Of a stretch of DNA of 60,099 bases, positions 27,891-37,617 are shown one piece after another (position 1 is the first letter of the stretch; each line of letters begins with the position of its first letter). Origin of the DNA: Candidatus Bipolaricaulota bacterium (lineage in GTDB: Bacteria > Bipolaricaulota > Bipolaricaulia > UBA7950 > UBA9294); assembly GCA_026390345.1 (NCBI GenBank), contig JAPLGD010000037.1, positions 1 through 60,099 on the forward strand. Direction: 5' to 3'. The notes under the pieces were generated by a model. It saw only the letters and a program-made list of their open reading frames with translations. It had not been told where the DNA came from and made no database searches. The translations under genes were made by a program, and so were the position numbers.

Positions 27891-28892
27891 ATGCGTAGGC
27901 TGTTGGTTTTGGCGCTGGTCGCCACGTTGGCGATCAGCATCGTCGGCTTCGCGCAGGTTGGAACGAAGGACAAGCCAATCTACATGCTTCTCCCGCCCTC
28001 GACGGATACAACGGTCATCGGACCGTCCGGCGACAAGATCGCGGAGTACCTCTTCCAGGAGACGGGTCTCTACGTGGTCCCCGTTGTTGCCGCGGACTAC
28101 GCCGCTCTCGCCGAGGCCTTCCGAACGGCGGATGGCGACGTGTTCGGAATTCCAACGAGCTCCCAATACTGCCAGATCTACAACGAGACGAACGGCGGGA
28201 TCATCCCCACGATGGGCGCCGTCCGCAACGGTTACGTCTACTACTTCGCGAGCATCTATGCCCTGCGCTCGAAGGGGTACACGTCTCTAGCGGATCTGAG
28301 CGGCAAGACGTGGATCTACAACGACGTCGGGTCCGGTTCGGGGTACAAGTACCCGAAGGTGTACATGCAGCAGGCCGGCGTCCAGTGGGCGAACGTCGTT
28401 GAGACGGGCGGACACGTGAACTCGATGGTCGCTCTTCTGCAGGGCCAGGGCGACTTCTGCACCGGCTACGGCTCGCCCCCGCTCTCTCCCCAGTGCCTGA
28501 AGGATCAGGGCATCCGCTGGGAGTGGGGTGACGATCCGGAGCTCATGGTCTGGGATCATTTCAACAACGCTCTCGTCCGCGACGGGCTCCGCTGGGCCTG
28601 CGAGGACCTGCGCTTCGCGGTCCTCAAGGACTACCCCGACGTCTTCACGACCGTCGGCGTCGTCTCCGTCGTCGGCCCGATTCCGAACGACTGCCTCGCG
28701 TTCGTCTCGAACTTCCCGGCCGATCTGGTCACCAAGATCACCAACGCCCTTGTGAAGCAGATCGGAACTCCCGAGGGATTTGAGATCTGGAACAACAAGA
28801 AGTTCTACCAGTGGTCGGGCATGGCTCCCGTCAAGGACAGCGACTTCGACCTGATGCGCGCCGTCCTCGGCCTGCCGGTCCCGGCACGCTAG
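27891..28892 (+). CDS. phnD: Phosphate/phosphite/phosphonate ABC substrate-binding protein (PhnD-like)
   Basis: ATG 27891 after AGGAGGT; signal peptide; DYAALAEA, SGSGYKYP, GGHVNS, GPIPND. Confidence 0.8.
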   Translation: MRRLLVLALVATLAISIVGFAQVGTKDKPIYMLLPPSTDTTVIGPSGDKIAEYLFQETGLYVVPVVAADYAALAEAFRTADGDVFGIPTSSQYCQIYNETNGGIIPTMGAVRNGYVYYFASIYALRSKGYTSLADLSGKTWIYNDVGSGSGYKYPKVYMQQAGVQWANVVETGGHVNSMVALLQGQGDFCTGYGSPPLSPQCLKDQGIRWEWGDDPELMVWDHFNNALVRDGLRWACEDLRFAVLKDYPDVFTTVGVVSVVGPIPNDCLAFVSNFPADLVTKITNALVKQIGTPEGFEIWNNKKFYQWSGMAPVKDSDFDLMRAVLGLPVPAR

Positions 28893-28916
28893 ACTGCGAT
28901 CTACAAGCAGGAAACC

Positions 28917-28951
28917 GAGAGGAGAGGGGAGAGATCCTCCTCTCTCCTCTC
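28917..28951 (+). other. Intercistronic stem-loop after phnD
   Basis: 15-bp stem GAGAGGAGAGGGGAG-AGATC-CTCCTCTCTCCTCTC with one G-U. Confidence 0.7.
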
Positions 28952-28969
28952 AAGCATGGGGACGGGCGC

Positions 28970-29743
28970 ATGGCTGAACCGCAACTCGTCATCGAGCATC
29001 TCACGAAGGTCTACGAGCGTGGAGACGTCCACGCGCTTCGCGACGTCTCGCTCACGGTCAATCGGGGCGACTTCCTCGTCCTCATAGGGCTCTCTGGATC
29101 GGGGAAGTCAACGCTTCTCCGCTGCATCAACCGGTTGATCGAGCCGACGTCGGGAAGGATCTTGCTCGACGGTGTGGATATCACCCAGGCCAAGGGCGCC
29201 GAGCTGCGAAAGGTCCGACGCAGAATCGGCATGGTGTTCCAGCACTTCAACCTCGTGAAGCGATCCTCGGTGCTGACGAACGTCCTCGCCGGGCGACTGG
29301 GATACGCACCACCGGGACCCACGCTGATCGGACGTTTCCCGCGGGAGGACGTCGACCGCGCCCATCAAAGCCTGGAGACGGTCGGGTTGCTCGAGAAGAT
29401 GTATACGCGTGCGGATCAGCTCTCGGGAGGGCAGCAGCAGCGAGTTGGCATCGCGCGGGCGCTGATGCAGGAGCCGGAACTGATCCTCGCCGACGAGCCC
29501 GTCTCGGCCCTTGACCCGGCCACCGCGAACTCGATCCTTCAGTACTTGGAAGCGATGAACCACCAGCACGGGGTCACCGTGATCTGTGCTCTGCACTTCC
29601 TGTCGCTCGCCCGAAGGTACGGCACGCGGATCATCGCGCTCAAGGACGGTGCCGTCGTGTTTGAAGGGCTTCCCAAGGAGATCGACAACGTCCGATTCAA
29701 GGAGATCTACGGCGAGGACGCCGAAGAGGTGGAGGTCCGCTAG
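28970..29743 (+). CDS. phnC: Phosphonate-type ABC ATPase
   Basis: [57 protein letters not shown]. Confidence 0.92.
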   Translation: MAEPQLVIEHLTKVYERGDVHALRDVSLTVNRGDFLVLIGLSGSGKSTLLRCINRLIEPTSGRILLDGVDITQAKGAELRKVRRRIGMVFQHFNLVKRSSVLTNVLAGRLGYAPPGPTLIGRFPREDVDRAHQSLETVGLLEKMYTRADQLSGGQQQRVGIARALMQEPELILADEPVSALDPATANSILQYLEAMNHQHGVTVICALHFLSLARRYGTRIIALKDGAVVFEGLPKEIDNVRFKEIYGEDAEEVEVR

Positions 29744-31309
29744 GTGCCCCCTCGCGTCGGCTCGTTCGCAAGACTCCTGAGCACCCGGTGGGGTGCCTTG
29801 GCGAAGCGTGCGGCCCGGTCTATTCGAGCCGGAACGAAGCACGTTGCGAATGTCTGGAACGGAATGCGCTTTCGCGTGCCCAAGGACCGCATCGCCCCGC
29901 TCGCGGCGGATTGGGGCCTCCTTGTCCTGCTCTCCTACTGCACGTACTTCCTCATCAACCACTGGTATCGCGCACTCAATAACGTCTCTGCGGTATACCG
30001 AGTGCACTTCCCGAACTACGCCTACGTCGTAGCCGTTGTTGCGACGTTCCTCCTCGCCGTCCTGTGGGAGAACCTCGGAACGTCGATCGGGTGGAAGAGC
30101 GCAGGCCTTGTCCGCGCCGACACCGCGAACCGGCCGCTTCGCTTCCTGCCGCGGGCAGCCCATTTCTTCGTCGACCTCGCGGCGTGGTCACTCACAGCGC
30201 TCGCGGCCGCGCTCGCCCTCGTTCCGTTCGCGGGACTTGCGACCCTCTTGTATGGGGTTGTCTCTCGTGCGGGGCTCATGCTGATCCCGACCGTCGTCTT
30301 CCGTCCGCTCGGACCGTGGTACACGACCTTCGGGTGGGTCATCGCCTTGGTCCTCGCGCTGATCGTCGCGGGAACGGCCTCGTGGTGGGGAGCGCGTGCA
30401 TTGTGGAGTTGGCTGTGGCCGGGACGCAAGGCGGAACGCCCCTGGGCGGACCGTGTCGTGGGCTCTCACGTCTGCAAGGCGTCCGATCTCGAGCGCTCCG
30501 GGCGGCCGTGTCCATGGTGGCGGACGAGTTGGGGCCTCATGGCCCTCCTCCTCGTCGCCGTCAGCGTCTATGTGGGGTGGCTCACAGCCCAGGTCAACCT
30601 GAGCACGCTTGTCCACAGAGCGTCCTCGACCGGCGACTACTGGCAGAAGCTCGTCACGCCGGACTTCAAGTACTTCCTCGCTCCCGAGCCTGACCTGCAC
30701 GACACGATGCTGAACGGCATCATCCAGACCATCTTCATGGCCCTCTTGGCCACCCTTCTCGGTTTCGTGCTTGCTCTTCCCCTTTCCTTCCTCGGCGCAA
30801 GGAACATGGTGACCAAGAACCGCTTGGGATGGGGCATCTACACCCTCACGCGAGCCTTCTTCAACATTGGACGCTCGATCGAGCCGTTCGTCATGGCCGT
30901 GTTGTTCGCGACCACGTTGGGGTACGGCCCCTTCGCAGGGTGTCTTGCCCTCTTGGTGCACACGATCGCCGCCCTCGGGAAGCTCTATTCGGAGCAGATC
31001 GAAGCCATTGATCCCGGCCCCGTGGAAGCGATCACGGCGTGCGGCGGCGGACGCACGCAGGTCCTCCGCTACGGAGTCGTTCCCCAGGTCGTTCCGCCGT
31101 TCCTGGCGTTCACGCTCTACCGCTGGGACATCAACGTCCGCATGGCGACGGTCATCGGGATGGTTGGTGGCGGTGGCATCGGCCGCTTCTTCAACTACTT
31201 CAAGAACGAACTCCGCTGGCACGAGGTTGGGGCCGTCATCGTCATCATCGCCGTCGTCGTGTGGATCATGGACTACGTCAGCGGCCGCGTACGGGAGAGG
31301 ATCACGTAA
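29744..31309 (+). CDS. phnE: PhnE-like permease with N-terminal RDD-like domain
   Basis: C-terminus has RSIEP, GKLYSEQIE.ID.GP.EA, YRWDINVRMAT. N-terminus has RIA..AAD, G.SIG, WADRVVGSHV (RDD pattern). Confidence 0.85.
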   Translation: MPPRVGSFARLLSTRWGALAKRAARSIRAGTKHVANVWNGMRFRVPKDRIAPLAADWGLLVLLSYCTYFLINHWYRALNNVSAVYRVHFPNYAYVVAVVATFLLAVLWENLGTSIGWKSAGLVRADTANRPLRFLPRAAHFFVDLAAWSLTALAAALALVPFAGLATLLYGVVSRAGLMLIPTVVFRPLGPWYTTFGWVIALVLALIVAGTASWWGARALWSWLWPGRKAERPWADRVVGSHVCKASDLERSGRPCPWWRTSWGLMALLLVAVSVYVGWLTAQVNLSTLVHRASSTGDYWQKLVTPDFKYFLAPEPDLHDTMLNGIIQTIFMALLATLLGFVLALPLSFLGARNMVTKNRLGWGIYTLTRAFFNIGRSIEPFVMAVLFATTLGYGPFAGCLALLVHTIAALGKLYSEQIEAIDPGPVEAITACGGGRTQVLRYGVVPQVVPPFLAFTLYRWDINVRMATVIGMVGGGGIGRFFNYFKNELRWHEVGAVIVIIAVVVWIMDYVSGRVRERIT

Positions 31310-32418
31310 TGACGGCAAAGCCGACGGGACGATGGTTTTGGCGGGCGTCGCGCCGGGGAACCGCGCTGGCGAAGCGCGGGATGACGCGACTTGCCATCTT
31401 TCTCGTGGACGCCGCCTTCCTCGCCTACCTCTTCATGATGACGTCGTACGTCGTGTCCCGCATCGCGTCGGGGGCCGGGGCATACCTGCCGGTTCGAGGG
31501 GAGTACGTGATCCTCGGGGCCATCGGAGCGGCGATCGCCTGGGGCGTCTTCGGAACCTCCGTTGGGGAGAAGCTGATCCTGTTCCTGAGCGGAGCATCCC
31601 AGAAGAAGGCTGCGATCAGCCCCACGGGCGTCGCGCTGCAGCACCAGCGGTGGTACAAGACCCTGTGGGGTCTGAGCGTCGTCACCGCAGCCATTGTGAC
31701 GCTCGCCGCTGCAACGCTCATCACGCAGGTCGACTTCTCGAGACTGGCCAACAGCCTGCCGGACACGTGGAAGATGCTTCGGCGGCTGGTGCGCCCAGAC
31801 GCAGCGATCTTCGGAGAGGTTGTGCTCCTGACTATCGTCACGGTCTTCATGGCGCTCATCGCGACGCTGCTCGCGATTCCCGTCGCCGTGGTCCTCAGCT
31901 TCTTCGCTGCACGGAATCTCACTCACGGCCCAGTGGGGAGGACCGCCTACGTCGTCGTTCGGGCTGCGGCAAGCATCGTTCGTTCCGTCGAACCGATGAT
32001 CTGGGCCATCGTCTTCGTGATTTGGGTCCGCATGGGGCCGTTTGCCGGAACGCTGGCGCTCTTCGTCTGCTCGATCGCCGACCTGACGAAGCTCTACTCC
32101 GAACAGCTCGAATCGATCGATCCCGGCCCTGCGGAGGCCATCACGGCCGTAGGGGGGCGCCGCCTTCAGGTTCTCCTGTACAGCATCGTGCCGCAGATCA
32201 TCAACCCCTACCTATCCTTCACGCTCTACCGTTGGGACATCAACGTCCGCATGGGGACTGTGATCGGCATGGTGGGAGGGGGAGGGATCGGGATGCTCCT
32301 GATGCAGTACGTGCGCGTCCTCGCGTGGGAGCAAGTCGGCATGTGCCTGCTCGCGATTATCGTCGTCGTCTGGTCAATCGACGCGCTGTCCGCACGCCTG
32401 CGGGCCCGGCTGAGCTAG
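31309..32418 (+). CDS. phnE: Second PhnE-like permease with shorter RDD-like N-terminus
   Basis: RSVEP, KLYSEQLESIDPGP, YRWDINVRMGT. N-terminal RLAIFLVD and TSVGEKL. TAATG overlap with the previous gene. Confidence 0.85.
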   Translation: MTAKPTGRWFWRASRRGTALAKRGMTRLAIFLVDAAFLAYLFMMTSYVVSRIASGAGAYLPVRGEYVILGAIGAAIAWGVFGTSVGEKLILFLSGASQKKAAISPTGVALQHQRWYKTLWGLSVVTAAIVTLAAATLITQVDFSRLANSLPDTWKMLRRLVRPDAAIFGEVVLLTIVTVFMALIATLLAIPVAVVLSFFAARNLTHGPVGRTAYVVVRAAASIVRSVEPMIWAIVFVIWVRMGPFAGTLALFVCSIADLTKLYSEQLESIDPGPAEAITAVGGRRLQVLLYSIVPQIINPYLSFTLYRWDINVRMGTVIGMVGGGGIGMLLMQYVRVLAWEQVGMCLLAIIVVVWSIDALSARLRARLS

Positions 32419-32624
32419 CGCCCCGTAATGGATTCCAGGTACGCACGGATCTCGTCGAGGCCGTACGTCGTCTTCATGGCCTTGTAGTCCTCGAGCCACG
32501 CGGTGTCGATCGTGTCGTCGCGGCGGATCTCGATGTCACGGATCCCGAAGACGTCAACCATCTTTCGGGCTTCTTCCTCGATCTGACGATCCTTCACACG
32601 AAACAGAAACCGTGGGAACTGCAT
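32415..32624 (-). CDS. Small acidic hypothetical protein (69 aa)
   Basis: ATG after GGAGGAGGG; -10 TATACT at 32650-32645; typical codon usage. Confidence 0.75.
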   Translation of the reverse strand: MQFPRFLFRVKDRQIEEEARKMVDVFGIRDIEIRRDDTIDTAWLEDYKAMKTTYGLDEIRAYLESITGR

Positions 32625-32711
32625 CGTACCCTCCTCCGAGCGAGAGTATAGCCCGCTTGGCGAGCGGCAGCAGAAGCGGCGCGAGTCCGCAGACACTCCG
32701 CGCCTTCGAGT

Positions 32712-32740
32712 TTGAAGACAAGGAATCGTAATCCTAGAAT
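32712..32740 (+). promoter_or_regulatory. sigma70-type promoter of pdp (probably leaderless transcript)
   Basis: TTGAAG-17 bp-TAGAAT. ATG lies 8 nt downstream with no SD. Confidence 0.7.
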
Positions 32741-32748
32741 GATCCACC

Positions 32749-34077
32749 ATGAACGTCGTCGACATCATCCGCAAGAAGAGGGACGGGGGAGCGCTGTCGA
32801 GAGAAGAGACGGAGTTCTGGGTCTCCGGAATGGTTCAAGGATCCATCCCCGACTACCAAGTGTCCGCGCTTCTCATGGCCCTCTTCCTTCGCGGTATGAG
32901 CGACGAAGAGGCCGCCACTCTGACCGATGTCATGGCGCATTCCGGCTCGATGTTCACGCCGAGCGACCTCGGCGGGTACACCGTGGACAAGCACTCGACC
33001 GGGGGCGTAGGAGACAAGACGACGCTCGTTCTCATCCCGCTTCTGGCTGCGGCGGGACTCAAGGTGGGAAAGCTCTCGGGACGCGCGCTGGGGCACACCG
33101 GCGGAACGATCGACAAGCTCGAGTCAATCCCAGGATTCCACACGGACCTCGACCGAACCCGCTTCCTCGAGCTCGTTCGCCGTACGGGGCTTGCCCTCGC
33201 CGATCATACGGCGGACATGGTCCCCGCCGATCGCATTCTGTACGAGCTGCGAGACGTCACGGCGACCGTGGACTCGCTGCCGCTCATCGTCGCGTCGATC
33301 ATGTCGAAGAAGATCGCCGGCGGGGCACAGGCCATCGTCATCGACGTCAAGACGGGCTCTGGCGCCTTCCTGCCGAGGATCGAGGATTCGCGCCGGTTGG
33401 CGCGAGCCCTCGTCTCCATTGGGACGAAGCTCGGACGGAAGATGTCGGCCGTCATCACCGACATGTCGCAACCGCTCGGCCGCACGGTCGGCAATGCGCT
33501 CGAGGTACGGGAAGCGATCGAGACCCTTCAGGGCCGAGGACCCGAGGACTTGGCGACGCTATGCTGCGAACTCGGCGCCGAGCTCCTGGTCTTCTCGGGC
33601 CGGTCACCCGACCGAGGAGCGGCGGTCGCGACGCTGCGCGCCCTCCTCGCCGACGGGATGGCCCTCGCAAGGTTCCACGACCTCGTCGAGAACCAGGGCG
33701 GCGACGTCCGCGTCCTCGAGACCCCGGGGCTTCTGCCTCAGGCAGAGCATTCCGTGTCGATTTCCGCGAGATCGGCAGGCACGGTGTGCCGTCTCGATGC
33801 CCTCTCGATCGGCCGCGCAGCCAACGCTCTCGGAGCCGGGCGAACCAAGAAGGACGATGCGATCGATCCGGCCGTTGGAGTGGAGATCGTGAGGAAGATC
33901 GGCGAAGCGGTCGAGAGAGGGGGATTGCTGGCGATCCTTCAGGTGAACGACGAGAAGAACCTTGCCGAGGCGAAGCGCCTGGTCGAATCGGCCTACGAGA
34001 TCGATGAGAGCGGCGCGCCGTGCTCGCCTCCGCCGCTCATCGTCGAGCGTATCCTGGCTGGCAACCGTGTCCAGTGA
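32749..34077 (+). CDS. pdp: Pyrimidine-nucleoside/thymidine phosphorylase
   Basis: IPDYQVSALLMA, VDKHSTGGVGDKT, SGRALGHTGGTIDKLESIPG, SIMSKKIA. Confidence 0.96.
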   Translation: MNVVDIIRKKRDGGALSREETEFWVSGMVQGSIPDYQVSALLMALFLRGMSDEEAATLTDVMAHSGSMFTPSDLGGYTVDKHSTGGVGDKTTLVLIPLLAAAGLKVGKLSGRALGHTGGTIDKLESIPGFHTDLDRTRFLELVRRTGLALADHTADMVPADRILYELRDVTATVDSLPLIVASIMSKKIAGGAQAIVIDVKTGSGAFLPRIEDSRRLARALVSIGTKLGRKMSAVITDMSQPLGRTVGNALEVREAIETLQGRGPEDLATLCCELGAELLVFSGRSPDRGAAVATLRALLADGMALARFHDLVENQGGDVRVLETPGLLPQAEHSVSISARSAGTVCRLDALSIGRAANALGAGRTKKDDAIDPAVGVEIVRKIGEAVERGGLLAILQVNDEKNLAEAKRLVESAYEIDESGAPCSPPPLIVERILAGNRVQ

Positions 34078-34681
34078 CTGGTTCGTATGGGCTGACGCGG
34101 CAGATAAGTGGCTCATCGCGTTCGCTTCACTCCCAGGCGTAGTACGCCCCGCGACCAGCTACTGGTGCATTGGGCATGCCGCCGAGCTCTACCTGAAGGC
34201 CGTGATCGTCAAGGCAACACAGAGCGAGGAATCCGCAGTACGCTTCGGCCATCGAATTGCCGGCCTTCTTGAGAGGTGCCAGGAGTTTGATGCCTCATTC
34301 CTGCCGGACTACGCCTTGCGTAGAACGGTCCTACAGGAGGATGTACTGCTGCTTCGTGCGGCATCAGGGATGAGCAAGCTTTCGGACGATGATCGCGAGC
34401 ACTTCTTCCGACACGAGCCCCTCTATGTCGTCGCCAAACACCAAGGCGATCTGAAGTACTTCCCTCTCCGCATGAAGAACCGTGGCACGTGCTGTGCAGT
34501 GCTAGTTGAGAACTGGCCCGACAAGTACTGGATCCAGTTCGCAAGGGACGTTAGGCGATACTTGCAGTTCCCGCCGGACACAAGGCGAGATTCGATCAAG
34601 GAGTACATCGCGGGAGCACCGGCCAACGGCGTCAGCGATGAGGCCAGGGACTACCTAAGTCAGTTGTATTACTCATCCTAG
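34067..34681 (+). CDS. Orphan HEPN-like domain protein
   Basis: GHAAELYLKA and FGHRIAGLL resemble the HEPN (COG2250-type) E..LKA and H.L..L motifs. GC and codon usage are visibly atypical. GTG start uncertain. Confidence 0.55.
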   Translation: MSSDWFVWADAADKWLIAFASLPGVVRPATSYWCIGHAAELYLKAVIVKATQSEESAVRFGHRIAGLLERCQEFDASFLPDYALRRTVLQEDVLLLRAASGMSKLSDDDREHFFRHEPLYVVAKHQGDLKYFPLRMKNRGTCCAVLVENWPDKYWIQFARDVRRYLQFPPDTRRDSIKEYIAGAPANGVSDEARDYLSQLYYSS

Positions 34682-34721
34682 TTCCGTATGGCAATCAGCC
34701 CACACCTGCTCTTGGAAGCGT

Positions 34722-35099
34722 CTATAAGGTGAATGCGTCGGGCAGCAGCTCGGCGATCGTCGTGCGCACGAAATCGCCCTTCGGACATCCCATGAGGATC
34801 TCGAGGTTCGGCGCGTGCTCGTAAAGAACTTGGCGGCATGCGCCGCACGGGCGGCAATGGTCGGAGTCACACGACACGGCGATCTTCACGAAGTCGCGCT
34901 TCCCCTCGGAAACCGCCTTGAAGACCGCAACGCGTTCGGCGCAGAGCGAGAGCCCGTTCACGGAGCTCTCAACGTTGACGCCCGTGACGACGGTCCCGTC
35001 AGCACACAAGAGCGCCGCTCCCACGGGGAACTTCGAGTACGGGGCGTACGCCCGACGACGGGCTTCGTTCGCGAGTCTGAGAAGCTCTCGGTCGTCCAT
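34722..35099 (-). CDS. cdd: Cytidine deaminase
   Basis: AYAPYSKFPVGAAL, LCAERVA, PCGACRQ zinc motif. Confidence 0.95.
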   Translation of the reverse strand: MDDRELLRLANEARRRAYAPYSKFPVGAALLCADGTVVTGVNVESSVNGLSLCAERVAVFKAVSEGKRDFVKIAVSCDSDHCRPCGACRQVLYEHAPNLEILMGCPKGDFVRTTIAELLPDAFTL

Positions 35100-35947
35100 C
35101 AGAACCGGATCACCATCCCAAGGGCGCCGGCCAACGTGCCGACGTGCAGATTCCACCAGCCAATCGACGTGCCGAGGGAGAGGACAAAGCGTCCCTCGGC
35201 GTACAGACGGAGGAACGGCAGTCCGAGCTCAAACCCAATTCCCGCGTGAAGGCCGAAGGCTCTCCACAAGATCTCATCGAGGTGAAGCGCTTCCAGCGCC
35301 GCATCCACTCCATCCTCCCACTCTTCCGGAACGTCAACCTCCACGGAGGGTGTGACCGATCCCCAGAGGACGTCCGCGCCGAGGGAAAAGTCGGCGCCGA
35401 GGAAGACGAGATCGAGCCTCTTAACGGCGTCGACGGAGATCATCCACGTTGAGAAGGCGACGTCTGCCGTAAGCGACGCCGTGTCGTCACCGACGTCAAG
35501 GGTCTCATCAAGGAGCGGCTCCGGGATCTCAATCCCGGCCACCCCGCTCGCCACGCCGCGGACAAACCGATCGTCGAGGAACCCAACCGAGAGACGGACA
35601 CCGTCGATCACGACCCACGGGAGAGAAATCTCGACGCCAAGCGCGAGGAGGGGGACCGGAACAAGGACGGGGAGATCCGCCAGCGCGGCTTGGACGTCGG
35701 CAACGGCCGCGTCGAAGTCCGCCGAGATCTCCGCGAGCTCCTCCGCCGGCACCCCTTGGTCGGAGAGCATGGCTTCGATCTCGCTGAAGGCAGCTGACGC
35801 AGCGACCGGGACCTGAGTCCAGGTCCCGGTCATGTCCAGCGTGTACGCTTCAAGACCGAGGGAGATCCCACCCGCGTGAATGGCCGCACCGACGGCGCAG
35901 AGGCCGACCAGAACCGCCGCTGTCGCGACTGCCGTACGGTGGATCAC
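35099..35947 (-). CDS. Secreted beta-barrel-like hypothetical protein
   Basis: Signal peptide, helical insertion, then amphipathic strands ending LGMVIRF. GTGA and ATGA overlaps with its neighbours. Confidence 0.65.
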   Translation of the reverse strand: MIHRTAVATAAVLVGLCAVGAAIHAGGISLGLEAYTLDMTGTWTQVPVAASAAFSEIEAMLSDQGVPAEELAEISADFDAAVADVQAALADLPVLVPVPLLALGVEISLPWVVIDGVRLSVGFLDDRFVRGVASGVAGIEIPEPLLDETLDVGDDTASLTADVAFSTWMISVDAVKRLDLVFLGADFSLGADVLWGSVTPSVEVDVPEEWEDGVDAALEALHLDEILWRAFGLHAGIGFELGLPFLRLYAEGRFVLSLGTSIGWWNLHVGTLAGALGMVIRF

Positions 35948-37569
35948 CGTCGGTCCCACCCCTCCCATTCCTTCCTCTTCAGCTCGGCTCGCTTGATCTT
36001 ACCGCTAGCCGTCTTCGGGAGTTCGGTCACATACTCGATCGCGCGCGGGTACTTGTACGGGGCCGTGACCTTCTTCACGTGGTCCTGCAGTTCCTTCGTG
36101 AGGGCGTCGGACGGCAAGTAGCCCTTGGCCAGGATGACGAACGCCTTGACGATCTCGCCTCGCTCGCGATGCGGAGCGGCGACGGCGGCAGCCTCGACGA
36201 CGGCCGGGTGGCTGACGAGCGCGTCCTCGACCTCGAACGGGCCGATGCGGTATCCCGACGTCAACATCACGTCGTCGGCGCGGCCCTCAAAGAAGAAGTA
36301 GCCATCCTCATCGGCCTTGGCGAGGTCGCCGGTTCGGTACCAACCTTTGGAGAAGACGTCCTTGTCGAGCTCAGGCGACTTCCAGTACCCGTCGAAGATC
36401 GCCGGGTTCCCCGGCTTGAGGGCGATCTCTCCAACCTCGCCTTGCTTCACGGGGTTGCCGTTCTCGTCGATCAGGCCGACGCCGGGCCCCGGCGTCGGAA
36501 GGCCCATCGCACCCGGCTTCACCGGCATCCCGGGCAGGTTGCAGACCAGGCAGACGCTCTCCGTCTGACCGTACCCGTCGCGGATCGTGACCCCGAACGC
36601 GCGCTTGAACGCCTCGATCGGCTCGACGTTGAGCGGCTCGCCAGCGGAGAGCGCGTCCTTCAAGTAGATCGTGTGCTTTCCCATGTTTGGAACCTGGGCG
36701 AACAGACGGTACTCGGTCGGCGTGCAGCAAAGCTTCGTGACCTTGTACTTCGTAAGAAGCTCAAGGTACCGCTCACCGTCGAAGCGGCCGTTGTAGATGA
36801 GTTGCGTCGCGCCGGTGGTCAGCGAGACGCCGACCGGGCTCCAGTACCATTTCGCCCATCCCGGCGCCGTCGTGGCCCAGACGACGTCCGACTCGTTGGC
36901 GTCGTACCAGTACCGCGCCGTGATACGGTTGTGACAGTACATCCAATGGTGTTTGTGCACCACGGGCTTCGGGTTCCCGGTCGTTCCCGACGTGAAGTTG
37001 ATCGTCATCGGATCCTCGGCGGCGAGCGGAACCTTCTTGACGTCCGAGTTCCCGGACGCAACGAGGTCCTCGAACTGCAGCCACCCCTTCCGCGGCTCGC
37101 TCGAGCCGATGAGGATGAACGTCTGGAGCGGGCACTGGCCGCGCACGGAATCGACAATCCCGGCCGTCGAGGCTTCGGCGACGATGACCTTGGCGCCCGC
37201 CGCCTGGGAACGGTAGAGGATCTCCTTCTCCTTCAACATCTCGGAGCACGGCACGGCGACCCCGCCGGCCACGAACGTCCCGAGCTGGGCGATGTGTGCC
37301 TCTGGAATCCTCGGCAGGATGTGCATCACCGGCTCGTTCTTCTTCACGCCGAGCCGCATGAGGGAGTCCCCGAAGCGGTGCATCCCGTCCACGAGCTCGC
37401 CGTAGGTCATCTTTCTTGCGTTCCCTTCGGCGTCTTCCCACAAGATGGCGAGCTTGTTCGGGTTCTTCTTCGCGTGTCCCTCTACGACATCCACGATGTT
37501 GTAGTTCGCAGGGACGTTCCAGGCGAACTCTCTGACTTCCTTCTCGTAACTAGCCCTGTCGTACCGCAT
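35944..37569 (-). CDS. Short/medium-chain acyl-CoA synthetase (AMP-forming)
   Basis: FTSGTTGNPK, SAGEPLN, DGYGQTE, YRTGD, SGYRIGPFEVE, YKYPR, PKTASGKI. Confidence 0.93.
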   Translation of the reverse strand: MRYDRASYEKEVREFAWNVPANYNIVDVVEGHAKKNPNKLAILWEDAEGNARKMTYGELVDGMHRFGDSLMRLGVKKNEPVMHILPRIPEAHIAQLGTFVAGGVAVPCSEMLKEKEILYRSQAAGAKVIVAEASTAGIVDSVRGQCPLQTFILIGSSEPRKGWLQFEDLVASGNSDVKKVPLAAEDPMTINFTSGTTGNPKPVVHKHHWMYCHNRITARYWYDANESDVVWATTAPGWAKWYWSPVGVSLTTGATQLIYNGRFDGERYLELLTKYKVTKLCCTPTEYRLFAQVPNMGKHTIYLKDALSAGEPLNVEPIEAFKRAFGVTIRDGYGQTESVCLVCNLPGMPVKPGAMGLPTPGPGVGLIDENGNPVKQGEVGEIALKPGNPAIFDGYWKSPELDKDVFSKGWYRTGDLAKADEDGYFFFEGRADDVMLTSGYRIGPFEVEDALVSHPAVVEAAAVAAPHRERGEIVKAFVILAKGYLPSDALTKELQDHVKKVTAPYKYPRAIEYVTELPKTASGKIKRAELKRKEWEGWDRR

Positions 37570-37617
37570 CGAGATGACCACCTTGTCCGTTCGAGGTTTT
37601 GCTTTGACGCGGTGAAC

